Positions 1-12,627 of a stretch of DNA of 64,000 nucleotides are shown here, one piece after another. The first letter of the stretch is position 1. Every line of letters begins with the position of its first letter. Origin of the DNA: Octopus vulgaris (Eukaryota). The position numbers and the translations under genes are program-made. The stretch spans positions 190,898,001 to 190,962,000 of the forward strand of contig OX597814.1 in assembly GCA_951406725.2 (NCBI GenBank), written 5' to 3'. Below the pieces are notes generated by a model. The model was not told the DNA's origin and ran no database searches. It saw only the letters and a program-made list of their open reading frames with translations.

Positions 1-495
1 TCCAGCTTGGCCACAGTCTGATGACTGAAACAAGTAGAAGATATATGTATATATATATATAGTTAATCCAAACATGAAAGCACAAAGAGAAAACACAACA
101 ATGTGAGGACATAGAACAAGTATAGTGTTATTGGACGCTCAGGAAAGAAGGAGGATTTAATGTTTCGAGCAGAGCTCTTCGGCAGAAACATAGGAAAAGG
201 AAAGATCCAAGGAAGGGAAGACAGAGGAAAAATATTGCCAACGGTGCACACGTGGTCACACACACACATTTTTTTTTTTTTCTAGTTTCAGCTCAGAGCT
301 GCGGCCATGCTGATGCACCGCCGTTGTAGTGAAGGAGTACAGCAGGGATCACCACCCCCTGCCGGAGCATCGTGGAGCTTTTAGGTGTTTTCGCTCAATA
401 AACACTCACAACGCCCGGTCTGGGAATCGAAACCGCGATCCTACGACCGCGAGTCTGCTGCCCTAACCACTGGGCCATTTAATATATATATTAAA

Positions 496-858
496 TATAA
501 TAAAGGGTTAATTACAAGTTGCTCAAAACCACATACCGAAAATATTAGAAATAGCAGCCAAATAGATCACTATTTCTACTACTATTAAAAAAGTCTCCAC
601 AAACAAACAGAATTTGTAACCCGTCTATGGCAAAGAGAAAGAAAACAACGAAATCCCAGCCAATTGGATTAGTAGAAATAGTAATCTATTTGGCTGCTAT
701 TTCTAATATTTTTGGTATGCGGTTTTGAGCAACTTGTTGCAATTAACCCTTTATTATAATTAATATAATTCTTACCAAATATGGTCATTTCCATACCGAA
801 AAAACTACTAGGTGAAATTTATTAATTTTATCAAATTAATTATATTTCACCCTTTTTG
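496..858. repeat. Inverted repeat (496-581 / 670-758) plus unique tail between TA tracts; Penelope-terminus-like architecture
   Basis: Arms of about 85 bp are visible by eye; no hammerhead core retained. Confidence 0.55.
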
Positions 859-874
859 TATATATATAAATATA

Positions 875-1268
875 TCTTTATATATAAAACTGTAGTTGTG
901 TGAGTGTCTGTCCCCTTCGATTTAGATTCCTAACTACTCCCACATTTTGCGGTGCAGTTTAACCAAAACTGGGTATCCTATAGTCGTGATTCATATCGAG
1001 CCCTTCTGGGTATTAGTGCTTGTCTATGATGAGTTACGATTTTAAAAATAATTTACCATCACTTTTTTTCCATTTTCATGCATATTTTTTTAAAGGGAAG
1101 TAACTCTCTAAAAATGTCTACGATGAGTCAACGATTTAAAAAAAAATTTACCATCATATTTTTTCCATTTTAAATGCATTTTTTTGCTATTTTTTGGCTA
1201 TAACTCTCTAAAAATGCTGTATAGTTATTTCCCTTACAAACCCGAGCAACGCCGGGCGATACTGCTAG
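875..1268 (+). mobile_element. Non-autonomous Helitron
   Basis: 5' TC(TTTATATATAAA), subterminal hairpin CCCGAGCAACGCCGGG, 3' CTAG, inserted between A and T. Confidence 0.8.
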
Positions 1269-3570
1269 TATATATATATATATAAAAATACAGTAAAACA
1301 TTAATGGCAAGTGAACCGAGTACCTGTGGAGTATAATATATTATTTTAACGAAAGCAAAAGAGAAAAAAAAATACATATACAAACACAAAGGAAAAATAA
1401 ACAAAAACAAATAGCTTCCAACTTGTAACATTTATTCAAAAGCAAAATTTGAATATAGTATAAGAAAATGTTTCAAGCAAAAATTATTTTACGCCATGAA
1501 TATATTCTGCAGAGGTGAACTTTTTAGCTTGCAAGGCAAACTTATTTCTTTTGGGAACACTGACATCAGATTTAAAAAAAAATTTTCCATGTTCCATCAA
1601 TGACAAACGAACTCTGACCCCATGTAACCACACTATGCAGAAAGAGGGAAAACACTTGGCGTTAGCCAGTCATACAGCCACAACTGCTGCCACTGTTTTT
1701 TGTTTTGTTTTGTATTTTTTGTTGGGATTTTTTTTTTTTTAAATTCTCAAATTTAATTATTATTTTTTTTTTATTGTTCAGTAATGTAATTTTAGTTTAT
1801 GTCTTCAATGACTATTAGTGACCCTCACAAAACACCAAACACATATCGATACTATTTATAGACTGAACTGTCAAGATGATGATTCACTTAGAAGGAACAC
1901 TGTACCCTCTATTTAAAAACCAAACCTAGGCACATACTTTTAGAAGGGGGGTGGGAGATGGAGTGGGAGTGTGGTTGATATATATATATATAAAAAAAAA
2001 ACAACGACCCCCCGACCAAAAATAAAAAAAAAATTAAATTCTTGTCAATCTTTCTCCAATTTCATGGAACTATACCAAATAAGAGATTTAATGGAAAGTC
2101 AATATCTGAAGGTTTTTATTTTGTTTTTTTTGCTTGTTTTTACGCATTATTTTGTGTGTCAGAATTCGACTTCAAAGAATAGGTACAAGCAGAGGAAAAG
2201 AAAGGAGAAATAGATTAATTCTATTTACAATCAATAATTAAGATCTTTTTTTTCTGTTTGATGAGGGTAGTTGGTTTTCTATAAAACTAATAACTCTACA
2301 AAGGTAACATTAGACTTAAGAAAAAAAAACAAAAAAAAAACAGTCTTAAGTACATTGTTATTTTCTTCAGTTTTGGGTTTTAAAAAAAAAAAAAATTTAC
2401 TTTTACCCCCAGCATAAGTGTGTGTGTGTGTGTGTGTGTGTTTGTACAAATGAACATAATAATGAGAGCTACCTTTGTGACAGAAGATTTAATCTATAAC
2501 TTTTGCTCTGAAATAATAATTATAAAAAATATTTGAAATAAAATAAAAGGTGATATTGTTTAAAAAAAAAACCCCCAAAAAACCTAACTTAACCCAAACT
2601 TCCATTAGCAAAGTCAATGAGAGAAGAGGAGTGTGTGTAATGGTGATAGGGGTAAATTCAAATGCTAAGTGAAAAAAGAACTCAATACTTGATTTAAGAT
2701 GAATTCTTTTTAAGTTGAGAAAAAGAATTCAGTATATACGTGTATGTACATATATACATGTATATGTATGTATATACGTACACACCTGTGTGTATGTGTG
2801 AATATATATATATATACACACACACACATACATACATACACACACTATTCAGCTGATGGTGGTATACAATAAAGTAGGGAGTATACCAAAGAGACAAAAA
2901 GAGAGAGATGAGAGAGGTTCTTACATTCATTGAATGGCCAATTCGAAAGTTTAAAAAGAGAAGGAAAAAAAAAAAAACCCAGATTTATTCGATATTGGAA
3001 AGTATAAAGGTCGCTTTTAGTTTACATGTATTGCTTTTTTTTTTTACTCTATTTAGGAAAAATATAGGTCTATGCATACACACACACACAATGCACTATT
3101 TACCTCCTCCCTCATTTAAGCATTCCATAACAGTAAACCATAGACATTAGACGAGGTAATGCTGGTGATAGTTGTTCAGTGGCAACTAAAAACTGTTGTT
3201 GGTTAGCACTGCATTGTCTAATAAAGAATGATAATAATAATGATGATGATATGCAATACTAATCTAAATCATTTAGATTTGTATAAGGAATATCTGACCC
3301 CCAACTAAACTACCATAATTATTTATCATTATTATTATTATTATTATTACTGTGACTTAGCACTGTATGGAACAGACTGCACGACCGAGAAATATATCTA
3401 AACAAACCAGATTACCACAAACCAACCATTACAAATAACGAACACTGAAAGACTTGTCAAGAAGTATAGAATTCCACATTCCAGAAACATTACACTAAAT
3501 CTCTTACAGAATTAAGAAAGCTTTAACTGAAGGTCACTAATGTAGAAACATACATTACATATATGTTCAG

Positions 3571-4225
3571 AAAAGAACCACAACCAATATGATTTCAAAA
3601 ACAGCAACAGAATTTGATAATTGTGTCAACATGGTACTATCTTCCAAGAAGGAATCAAATATTGCAGAGCCATCTGAAAAAGCAGGTAAAAAAATTGGGA
3701 AAAAATTCATTGGAAAATGTTTCAGAAATTTGACTCCCTTGATGTGTATTTAGAAAAAAAAACAAAAAACAAACGTGCTCAGAAACTGCTTACACCTGCA
3801 CGACTTGCTAAAGAGATAGTGGAAGAGAATAAAAAAAATATCAGCAAAACAAAGTTGCCGATCGCTGCAATCTAAGATTCCAAAACGTGCTCCTGCGACT
3901 AGTTTCATTCCTAAAGTGACATCGGTAAAAGAAATATGTTTACAGTTCACAAACTCCTGTTCTAAATTACCAAAGTCTACGAAAAAAGGGCAGGAAACAT
4001 CTGCAAAAAAGTTGAGTGCCAAGAAAGTGTCTAGCTCTTCTAAAAAAAACTGATTGTAGAGCACCTTTCATGTCACCAAGGATGAATGAGAGCAAAACCA
4101 AGAAAAAAGTTTTTACACCTTTCAATTTTATTGCAAACAAAAACACATCATCTTCTGGGGCCAAAAAAACAAAATTTGATCTGCAAGCCAGTCTAGCCAA
4201 GCCAATTACATGGAAGCAACATACA
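3571..4225 (+). pseudogene. NUSAP1: NUSAP1 (nucleolar and spindle-associated protein)-like fragment with three frameshifts
   Basis: Joined frames give ...NWEKIHWKMFQKFDSLDVYLEKK...SKIPKR...FIPKVTSVKEICLQF...VFTPFNF...KKTKFDLQASLAKPITWKQH. This resembles the recalled NuSAP motifs FKKLHEAHFKEMESIDQYIERKK and FDLKASLSRPLNYEPH. Truncated at a TA/CA microsatellite. Confidence 0.75.
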
Positions 4226-4280
4226 TACATTACATATATATATATATAATCAAAATGAGCAACAAGGATATCCAGAGGTA

Positions 4281-4369
4281 ATGCAGTACGATCGTTTCAT
4301 GCGACTCCATTTAATTGAACGATGCAAACATTACATCAATTTAAAATGCAGAGCAATCTTCAGCTGCAT
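4281..4369 (-). ncRNA. Hammerhead-like motif in an inverted Penelope-type terminus (element about 4246-4570)
   Basis: AUGCAG-CUGAAGA-[long stem II]-GAAAC-GAUC-GUA-CUGCAU. Perfect 6-bp stem I, palindromic stem III loop; the first stem II pair is U-U. Flanked by inverted arms 4246-4274 and 4469-4498. Confidence 0.65.
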
Positions 4370-4567
4370 AAAAATATAGAATTTAGTTAAATTCGAAGGA
4401 TTCATTTGTATAGTTTTCTTTTTATCCAAAATCACAAAGAGGATAAGTAGATAGACAAAAAACATGTTTGGATATCCTTGTTGCTTATTTAGATTATAAT
4501 CACCCCATTTTGAATTATATGGATAATACCATAATAAATTCTGGTGCCTTTAACTTAAGTACCATAT

Positions 4568-6815
4568 TCAACTATGTTGATTCAATCTGATAAGACTGGA
4601 AATCTGTACAAACTTTATAAAGACTATTATTTGGAATTACTAAAGAAAGAAATTCAGAAAAAGTATAAAATTGCTGATAAAAGAATACTTAAGAAAGCCA
4701 ACATTGAGGCTATGAAAATCATGGAGAAATATAACCTACATATGAAGACAGAACCACTCGTTCCTAAGCAACCTCGGTTCATTTTGAAGGATCACAAACC
4801 AAATTTTTTTACTAACCCATCATTAAGGCTTATCTGCCCTTCTAGCTCTGACATCGGTATCCTTAGTAAAAATATACTAGATAAATATATTCCTAATTTA
4901 ATCAAAACATTAAAACTTAGTTTATGGACTAATTCGTTTGAAGTAGTTGACTGGTTGGTTTAGTTCTATTAACAATAAGGTGAGTACTAAGTTTATCCAG
5001 TTTGATATTTCCAATTTTTATTCTTCTATCAATCCAATAGTACTTAATAAGGCACTTTGGCTTGCTCATAACAAAGCTGGTCTCACCCGAGAAGAAATTA
5101 ATGTTGTGTTGGCAGCCAGAAGATCTATTATTAAATTTGATGATAAGTTGTGGGTCCGTAAAGACACACCAGATAGTTTCGATACACCAATGGGAAGTTC
5201 TGATTCAGCACAGATAGCTGATTTGGTCTGTATATATATTCTTTTTGAAATGGCTGAAGAGTTCCCTAACATTTATGGAGGTCTATATCGTGATGATTGT
5301 TTACTTTACCTAAAAATCGTTTTTGATGACGATATGATGAAGGCCAACTTTTTAGATATTACGCTTAATTTACAGTGACTCTTACCTCCCATATCGTAAA
5401 CCGTTGACCAATCTTAAGTACATTAGCAAATTTAGTAATCATCCTGGAGCAATTACTAAGAACTTGGTTAAGAATATTTCATTTAGATTATCTAAATTAT
5501 CTGCTAATGTTGATATTTTCAATAATAATGCTGAATTCTATAACTCTGCCTTAATCAAAGCAGGTTATACAGAGAAAATTTTCTACATAGATTCTGCTCA
5601 GTCTAATTGTAAATTCAATAATGTAGATAAGATTTCTAGTTGTAAAAGAATTATTGATAACAAACATAACTTACGTACCGATACAAAGCGAATGAAGGCA
5701 GATAACCCTTATTTAATCCCCTATTATCGATCTATAAGTAAATATAACACCTTCAAAAGTAATTATGCTATGAATACTAGTAAAAATATTTGGTTAATAA
5801 TTCCTTACGGGAGACAAATTAAATCTAATCTCCCACTGCTGTTTCGTCAAGCTATTGCTAGGAATTTTCCAAACAATTCTAGATATTACTCTATAATCAA
5901 TTCACATAAGATTAGGATAGGTTTTTCAAACACAAAAAATCTCTTGCAAATTATCTCTTCTCATAATAACAAACTGTTAAATATTAATACATTTACTAAT
6001 ACTAACATTAATTTAGCTAATACCATCCAACCCTCTAGAAATATTAATAACAAGGTTATTGTATCTGAAGTCAATTCCAATAGAATTAAGTTTATGTCAA
6101 GTAACTCTAAGATTAAAAATTCTATATACCAGTGTATAATCAGTACTCGTAATAAAGTACGATTTTACATTGGAAGTACATCGTTAGAGTTATCTAAAAG
6201 AATTTCTATCCATTACTCAACATTTAGGGATAGAAATAAATGGAGAATAGTACCGGTGTCAGTAAACTGATTTGGGATTTAAAAGACCACAATGAACAAT
6301 TTCATTTAGAATGGTTGATTCTCTCAATTTCGATACCGTATGACAAAGGCAAGAAATTCTGTCTTCTCTGCAATTCTGAGCTATTTTTCATTATTTTTTC
6401 TAAAAATACTCTAGTAAACACGGTTATAGAGCGAGCATACAGATGTAAGCATTGGCAAAAACATACATTTAGTGCATATAAGTAGTCTCTATCATTATAT
6501 ATAATTTAAACTTTAATTTCCTTTATATTTAACATTCACTATTAATATCCCTACTCTTTCTGTTAGCTACTTATGACGTGATATCATATAACGTTTTTTT
6601 TAAACAATATTAATAGCGTTCTGTCTATCGCTATACAAATCCATCATTTTTTGCTAAAATATCTTCTTGACGAGTTTCGTTTTTTTCACTTTCCTGAGGA
6701 GAAGATTGCATTGTTTATACCATTTATTCTTTTGAATAGTATCAGTGGAATTTTCGAAACATGTGTCGAAAGTAAAAATATTTGATTACACCTGCGTTAA
6801 CTCCATTTTTTTATA
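4568..6815 (+). mobile_element. 5'-truncated, decayed Penelope-like retroelement (RT + C-terminal GIY-YIG; probably Naiad-type)
   Basis: RT motifs: DKTGNLY, LKDHKPNF..NP..RLI.P, QFDI..FY.SI, FDTPMGS, GLYRDD, NFLDITL, SNHP. GIY-YIG: SIYQC..FYIGST..KRISIH..SKLIWDLK..CLLC.SE. Frameshifts near 4955, 5375 and 6240 and a deletion after YRDD. Hammerhead in the 3' end; ends in a (TA)n tract. Confidence 0.9.
6688..6773 (+). ncRNA. Type I hammerhead ribozyme in the Penelope 3' terminus
   Basis: Stem I ACUUUC/GAAAGU, core CUGAGGA, stem II GAAGAUU/AAUUUUC (extended), GAAA, minimal palindromic stem III AC-AUGU-GU, cleavage triplet GUC (6765-6767). Confidence 0.8.
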
Positions 6816-6844
6816 CATATATATATATATACCTCATGGACTTT

Positions 6845-7135
6845 CCCATCGTTAAATGATGTATGAGGGTTCGGTAAGAAATTGCCAAACAACCACACAG
6901 GATTTGTTTATAGTGATCCAATGTTTGTGTTCGTGTAAGTTCACACCCTCCATCAAATCGACATTACCTGTACATGTACACTGTGTGCCACATGTCAGAT
7001 GACGAAATGATCGCAGAGCAATGTGAAATGAAGTGCTTTTGCTCAAGAACACAACGCAATGCCCGGTCTGGGAATCGGACCCACGATCTCGCAATCTTGA
7101 GTGCAACACCCTAACCACTAAGCCAAGCACCTTCA
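6845..7135 (-). mobile_element. tRNA-derived SINE family C. Other copies: about 320-480, 7290-7445, 18595-18870, 26800-27040
   Basis: Head TGGCTTAGTGGTTAGGGTGTTGCACTC..GGGTCCGATTCCC followed by TTGTGTTCTTGAGCAAAA. Confidence 0.75.
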
Positions 7136-8179
7136 CACACACACATACCTAACTCACATGATGGACTAGACTATTGGGTGTTGTTATACATCGCTGATCA
7201 CAATGTACTTTGCATTGTTTTAGCTTTTGAATGACGCCACCCAACTGGCTAGGTGAGCAGGCTAACATTATCCCTGTTCAGAACACTATTCCATCACATG
7301 GTTCCCCATCTACAGCTGAGTGGACTGGAGCAACATGAAATGAAGTGTTTTGCTCAAGAACACAACACACCACCCAGTCCAGGAATCAAACCCAAGAATA
7401 CTAGATCGTGAGTGCAACACCCTAACCACTAGGCCATGTGCCTTCACATGCACACACACATACATACATACATACATACATACATACACATATATATAAT
7501 GTATGGAATACAGCTAATTAAGGAAGGGTTAGTATATTTTGGAATCATCAAAGGCCAGACGTTAACAAAGAAAAAATAAAAGGTTTACACCATAGAAAAA
7601 CAGAAGGAACCAAAGATGAAACTACACACCTTAATATCAAATTGGAATCTTTTTGGCAATGGTATTTGGGATAGGGGTGGGGCACTGGATTAATCACAAA
7701 GAAACAAGCTCCTTCTTCAATTATAATCAGACTGTTGACAAATGAACCTGAATGAAATATCTATGAAATTATCTGCATTGAGTACTGTCGTCAGCTGTTT
7801 TAAGGTCGAAAGTAAGGTAAAAGGAAATTCCCCACCCTCTTACCAAAAAGGAGGGAAAAAAAATCTAAAGACATTACAAGACTCCTGCTTCACAGATGTG
7901 CACGCTAAATACCTTCTTTGGTTGTTCTGTTAATGATATGTAATATACAATGCCGAAAGCATTGTACAAGAAGCAAACATATCTTCCCCCCACCGCCCAC
8001 ATTTAGTTTATAAAGCAGAAATAAATACTTCACAAGTTTAAATACTGACTCATTTTGCTATGTGAGGAAAACACCTGACATTTAGATAACTAATTCTTAT
8101 ATTTCATAAATATACAGACACACAAACACACACCTTATATGTGTGTATGTGATAATATATGTGTGTGTGTATGTATGTG

Positions 8180-8231
<52 letters not shown>

Positions 8232-8425
8232 ATACACACACACACACTTTTTGAGGGGCTTGCTATCCATATCACATTTTGTTCTTGCTTGCATTTGGAT
8301 GTGTAAATGGTTGCTATGGTAACATTTAATATTGTGCACCTCTATATCCATTACATTTAATGACATCTGCATCAAAATAGTTTGACTTGTGTCTTGTAGG
8401 ATACATTTAAAAAAGAGTATGTGTA

Positions 8426-8458
<33 letters not shown>

Positions 8459-10543
8459 TTATGTATATATATATATATATATATTTATGTATGTATATAA
8501 GAAAATATTTAATCCATAACCAATAAAATGTATTTGGTTGAACTAAGAATTATAGATTAAATATTTTATTCATTCTCAGACTTATCCTGGAGCTGTTTAT
8601 TCTAAGTGGCCAGACACAGCTTCTTTTGAACTTGCCAACCCCTGGAATATGTATTTGTTTATTTGCAGTTAAGGCAAAAACTTTGAAAAAGAAAAACAAG
8701 AAATTATACGACTGGGTTAATTGGTTATTAGCAATCACACGTGTCTTAAAATATACACTGAAAGTCTTCAAAAGTATCAACAGTTTGGCCTGTAGGGAAC
8801 AGCGATGTCTGATTTTCAACCTCAGTAATTGATTGTGAAGTTTTATGAAACCACCCATATCTCACATTGACGATAAGTATTCGTTTTGTTAAAACCCTTA
8901 AACAGAGAGAGGCCAGGTCTCTATAAACCCTCCAGCTATGTAAAGAAGCAATCAGTTGAATCGAAACAATCTTCCAATGCAATTACATATGACAAGTTAC
9001 CAAACCACATCACTATTTCCAATACAGAGATTTGAAAATAAAACAATCTGTTTTTCTTTCAGTGTTACAAGAAAAAAAAAAAAATTTAAAAGGAGGGAGA
9101 GCAGGGGGAAGGGGTAGGGAGAAAAAGCATTAAATCAATCACTTTGAATCATTTCCTAAAATCAATAACTTTTCAACTGTTCATTACTCATTACCACGAA
9201 AAGCTTCTTACAAGAAAAAAAAGTAAATAAAAACAAAAACAAACAAAAATAAACAGCCACTAATGAACCTGAAAACTATCCAGTTTTAGTAGACAAGTAA
9301 ATCTGTGGAAGCCACTCTGATGAGATGCATTATGGGACACTAATCTAAGAGTTAAAAAAACAACAACAATAAAACAAAAAAAGGGGTGGGGAATTTAAGA
9401 CCTTCTCTAGGTCAATCATTTAATGTACAACAGAATTTAACCATACTGCCCAGCTTATCCTTTAATCAAACCAAAAGTGTTGTGGTTTAAACTGTGAACA
9501 CATTCAAACATATTGGAAGCAGCTTTCAAAAATATTTCATCTACAGACAAGTAAAATGACAGAATGATTAAATGTCGGAATACTTTATATATCGTACAAA
9601 ATGTATTTACTAGGTCTGTTCTCTTTCTCCACTTCCAAGTTTTAAAAAAAAATTTTTTTTTTTCCTTTTTAAACTGCTTTATATCCCCATTTGCTGAATG
9701 TGTACATTTATAAAAAATGGCAGAATTTTGTCACTAATCTCCAGAGAAAAATTAACTTCTAGCACCATTCACAGAAAAAGACACTTGCTTTATCCACAGA
9801 CGGACGTAGGAAACTAAACTCTGATCAGCTTAGAACCAACAAAAATACCACTGATCTGGACATAGGATTTAACAGACTGGAAATATTTATTTCTGCAATT
9901 ATTTATTTATACATATTTTTTTTTTTTAATTAGAGCTCCACGTAAAATATCTTTATTTCTCAGATTTGGCAATTCATTTTGATTAAAGAATTTTAGGCAT
10001 GTGAAAAAAGAACCCTCTGACATATACATGTTAATAAATTCATAAGCAGTGAGGAGTTATTAAAACACTCTCACCCAAGAGACATCACTGCCATCAATCA
10101 TATCCGACTGTTTGTACATTACCTCAAGGCAGAATATCATAGGGCATACGCAGCTTTCCAACAAAGGTGAAAGATGGGGGGTGGGGGGAATTTGAAATTT
10201 CACCTTTGTAATCATCAACCATTACATGCAGGTTGTAGTTATTTTAATTGCATCTAAATTAACAAGCTATAAATCACTAGTGAAGGAGACCAAATGATCT
10301 GTTCAGACTTTTTTTTTTAATGCATAAATACGGTAAAAACCAAATCCGAGAGAAAGCTATCTAAAATAACTCAACATTATTAAGTGTTTTCTTTGAAACA
10401 GTATGAAATGCAAGCTGCAATTTTTGTTGTAATAACTGAATATAAAATTCAATATTTTTTCCAAACATTTTCCATTAGGGAGTATAGCTCCAAACTTACA
10501 GGGAAAAATTAGATTTAGTATTAAATCAAATTTCACAGTATAA

Positions 10544-10790
10544 ATATATAAAATATGAATTAGAGATAAAACCACTATTAGGCAACTCAAACAGTGATAG
10601 ACATAAACCAATACATAAATAACAAATAATATAAATATAATTAATATAGTATAAAAAAATTATTTTTAATTTTTAAATTTTTATATATATATTATATACT
10701 ATATTAATTATATTTATATTATTTGGTTTATGTCTATCACTGTTTGAGTTGCCTAATAGTGGTTTTATCTCTAATTCATATTTTATATAT
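10544..10790. repeat. Near-perfect foldback inverted repeat
   Basis: 10544-10610 pairs with 10724-10790; inner arms 10623-10653 / 10695-10725. Confidence 0.85.
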
Positions 10791-11540
10791 ATAATGATAT
10801 ATATATGAGAGAGAGAGAGAGAGATGCAGATAAACAGGTTGTCAAAGATTTCAGTGTGTTTAAGCTCAAATCATTTGAGCAACACAATGTGTTTTCTATA
10901 CAGAAAATCTTTAGTTCTCGCTTTTTGATATATATCAAAAATGTGTAGATTTTTACATGGATCTAATATGCTATGAATGAGTCAGTTACCCAGTAATAAC
11001 TAAATAAAACTATATAAAACAACATTTAAATTAGCTTCCAAGGACAACTAATCTAAGCTCTTTATAAATGAGCTATATACCAATTTGCAATAATTAAAAA
11101 TAATTTACAGCAAAAAGAAACAGGCTAACAGCAACAAAATGTATTTTTAATTAATTTTTTGTTTTATAGCTATTTAATTCAAGAGAGAAACCAAAACCAA
11201 ATAAAAACAAAACCGAGAGGGAAAATATTAAAAAGTACCAGAATTTAAATCTGACAGTACATTTATATTTATAAATAAAGAACCTCATGAAACTCAAATT
11301 GAAACTTTTGAATTATACTGAAAATCTCTTGACTATTTGTACAAACTAAAGTTATTGATCAAAATTATTTACAAACCAAACAGCTCTAATTGTCAGAAAG
11401 AAATCCTAGTAATTAATGAGTAATCTGTTATCATGAGTAGATCATAACTCAGACATAAGCAAAAATTATATTATATTCTTACTATGTGCTCAAATTACAT
11501 ACACGAATAAATATTTTGTAATTATATATATAAAATGGAA

Positions 11541-11745
11541 AATCTTAGATACAGTAGGGTGCTTTTGAAAAAATGAAATAAGAATGACTGACTTTTTGAT
11601 AATTATTTTCCATTTAAATGATTAGATGTTTACAAATCGTAATGACAGGTTGTAAACATCTAATCATCAAAGTGGAAAATAATTATCAAAAAAATCACTC
11701 TTAATTGTTTTTTTTTGTTCAAAGGCATGATACTGTATCAAGGTT
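11541..11745. repeat. Imperfect long hairpin / old foldback element
   Basis: TGATAATTATTTTCCA..ATGATTAGATGTTTACAA pairs with TTGTAAACATCTAATCAT..TGGAAAATAATTATCA; outer GATACAGTA/TACTGTATC. Confidence 0.75.
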
Positions 11746-11767
11746 GTACTGCTTCTCTGAAAATATA

Positions 11768-12070
11768 TATCTGTAAATATAATATGTGACAATTATTCGG
11801 TAGCCATGATAAAACTCCAAGTTTCGGATGTCAGGGTGGAAATCCATGCTGCCATCTCTTCAGTTATCTGGCCGTCGGAAAGAATGCATTTTTTCTGATG
11901 GGTGGATAACTGAAGAGATGGTGGCATAGATTTCCACCCCGACATCCAAAACTCGGAGTTTTATCATGGCTACCGAATAATTGTCGCATATTACATTTAC
12001 AGATAAATTCCTCTATTTACATAATATCGAGGTCTCTTTCATTCTTTTGTTGTCTTACCATTTCTAACAA
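11768..12070. mobile_element. Penelope-type terminal remnant: inverted repeat (11768-11885 / 11890-12005) plus unique tail, each arm carrying a hammerhead motif
   Basis: Arms are near-complementary. The minus-strand arm reads GAUAA-CUGAAGA-GAUG..CAUC-C-GAAACUUGGAGUU-UUAUC (11808-11868). The plus arm has GAAA mutated to AAAA. Confidence 0.7.
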
Positions 12071-12295
12071 TATATATATATAGATAGATAGATAGAGAGA
12101 GAGAGATTTTTTTTTTAAATGAGTTTTTATATGCATAAAAACAGTGAACAATAAAGGACTTGCTATAAGTGTAGACCCTGGTGTCTGTAACAATTTTATT
12201 GACAATAACTTTGAAATTTTGTTGGCTGTATTCCTTGTCAGACTGACAACAGTCAGCAAAACCTCAAAGTTATTGTCAATGAAATCGTATATATA

Positions 12296-12418
12296 CAGGG
12301 TGATTCAAAAGTCACCATACATAGGAAAAAATTTTTTTATAAGAAACAGTTAAATAAAAAAACTGTCTTATAAAAAAAATAAATTGTTCTTATGTATGGC
12401 GACTTTTGAATCACCCTA
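12296..12418. mobile_element. Tc1/mariner-type MITE
   Basis: TIRs CAGGGTGATTCAAAAGTC, near-palindromic body, TA context. Confidence 0.75.
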
Positions 12419-12594
12419 AATATTATATATCATGTAAAGAAAGAGAGACAGAAAGACGAAGTATTTGAAAATGTTGGTACATAGATTTTAATTTCAGACA
12501 TAACTAACAAAGGCATTTCAGACTCATAGAAAACTATCATGTTGAGAGTGAAGTAAATGCAGGCAACACTCTTGGAACAAGGATATATACATAC

Positions 12595-12627
<33 letters not shown>

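Noticed and set aside
4568-6485. Selenocysteine-encoding Naiad PLE (in-frame UGA plus SECIS)
   Set aside because: The TGA at 5376 coincides with a frameshift (the frame resumes as SDSYLPYRKP), Cys positions use normal codons, and I could not recognise a SECIS.
9317-9345. CTGATGA hammerhead core or ZNF143-like TCCCATAATGCA site
   Set aside because: No matching GAAA or stems for a ribozyme, and an isolated motif with no promoter context.
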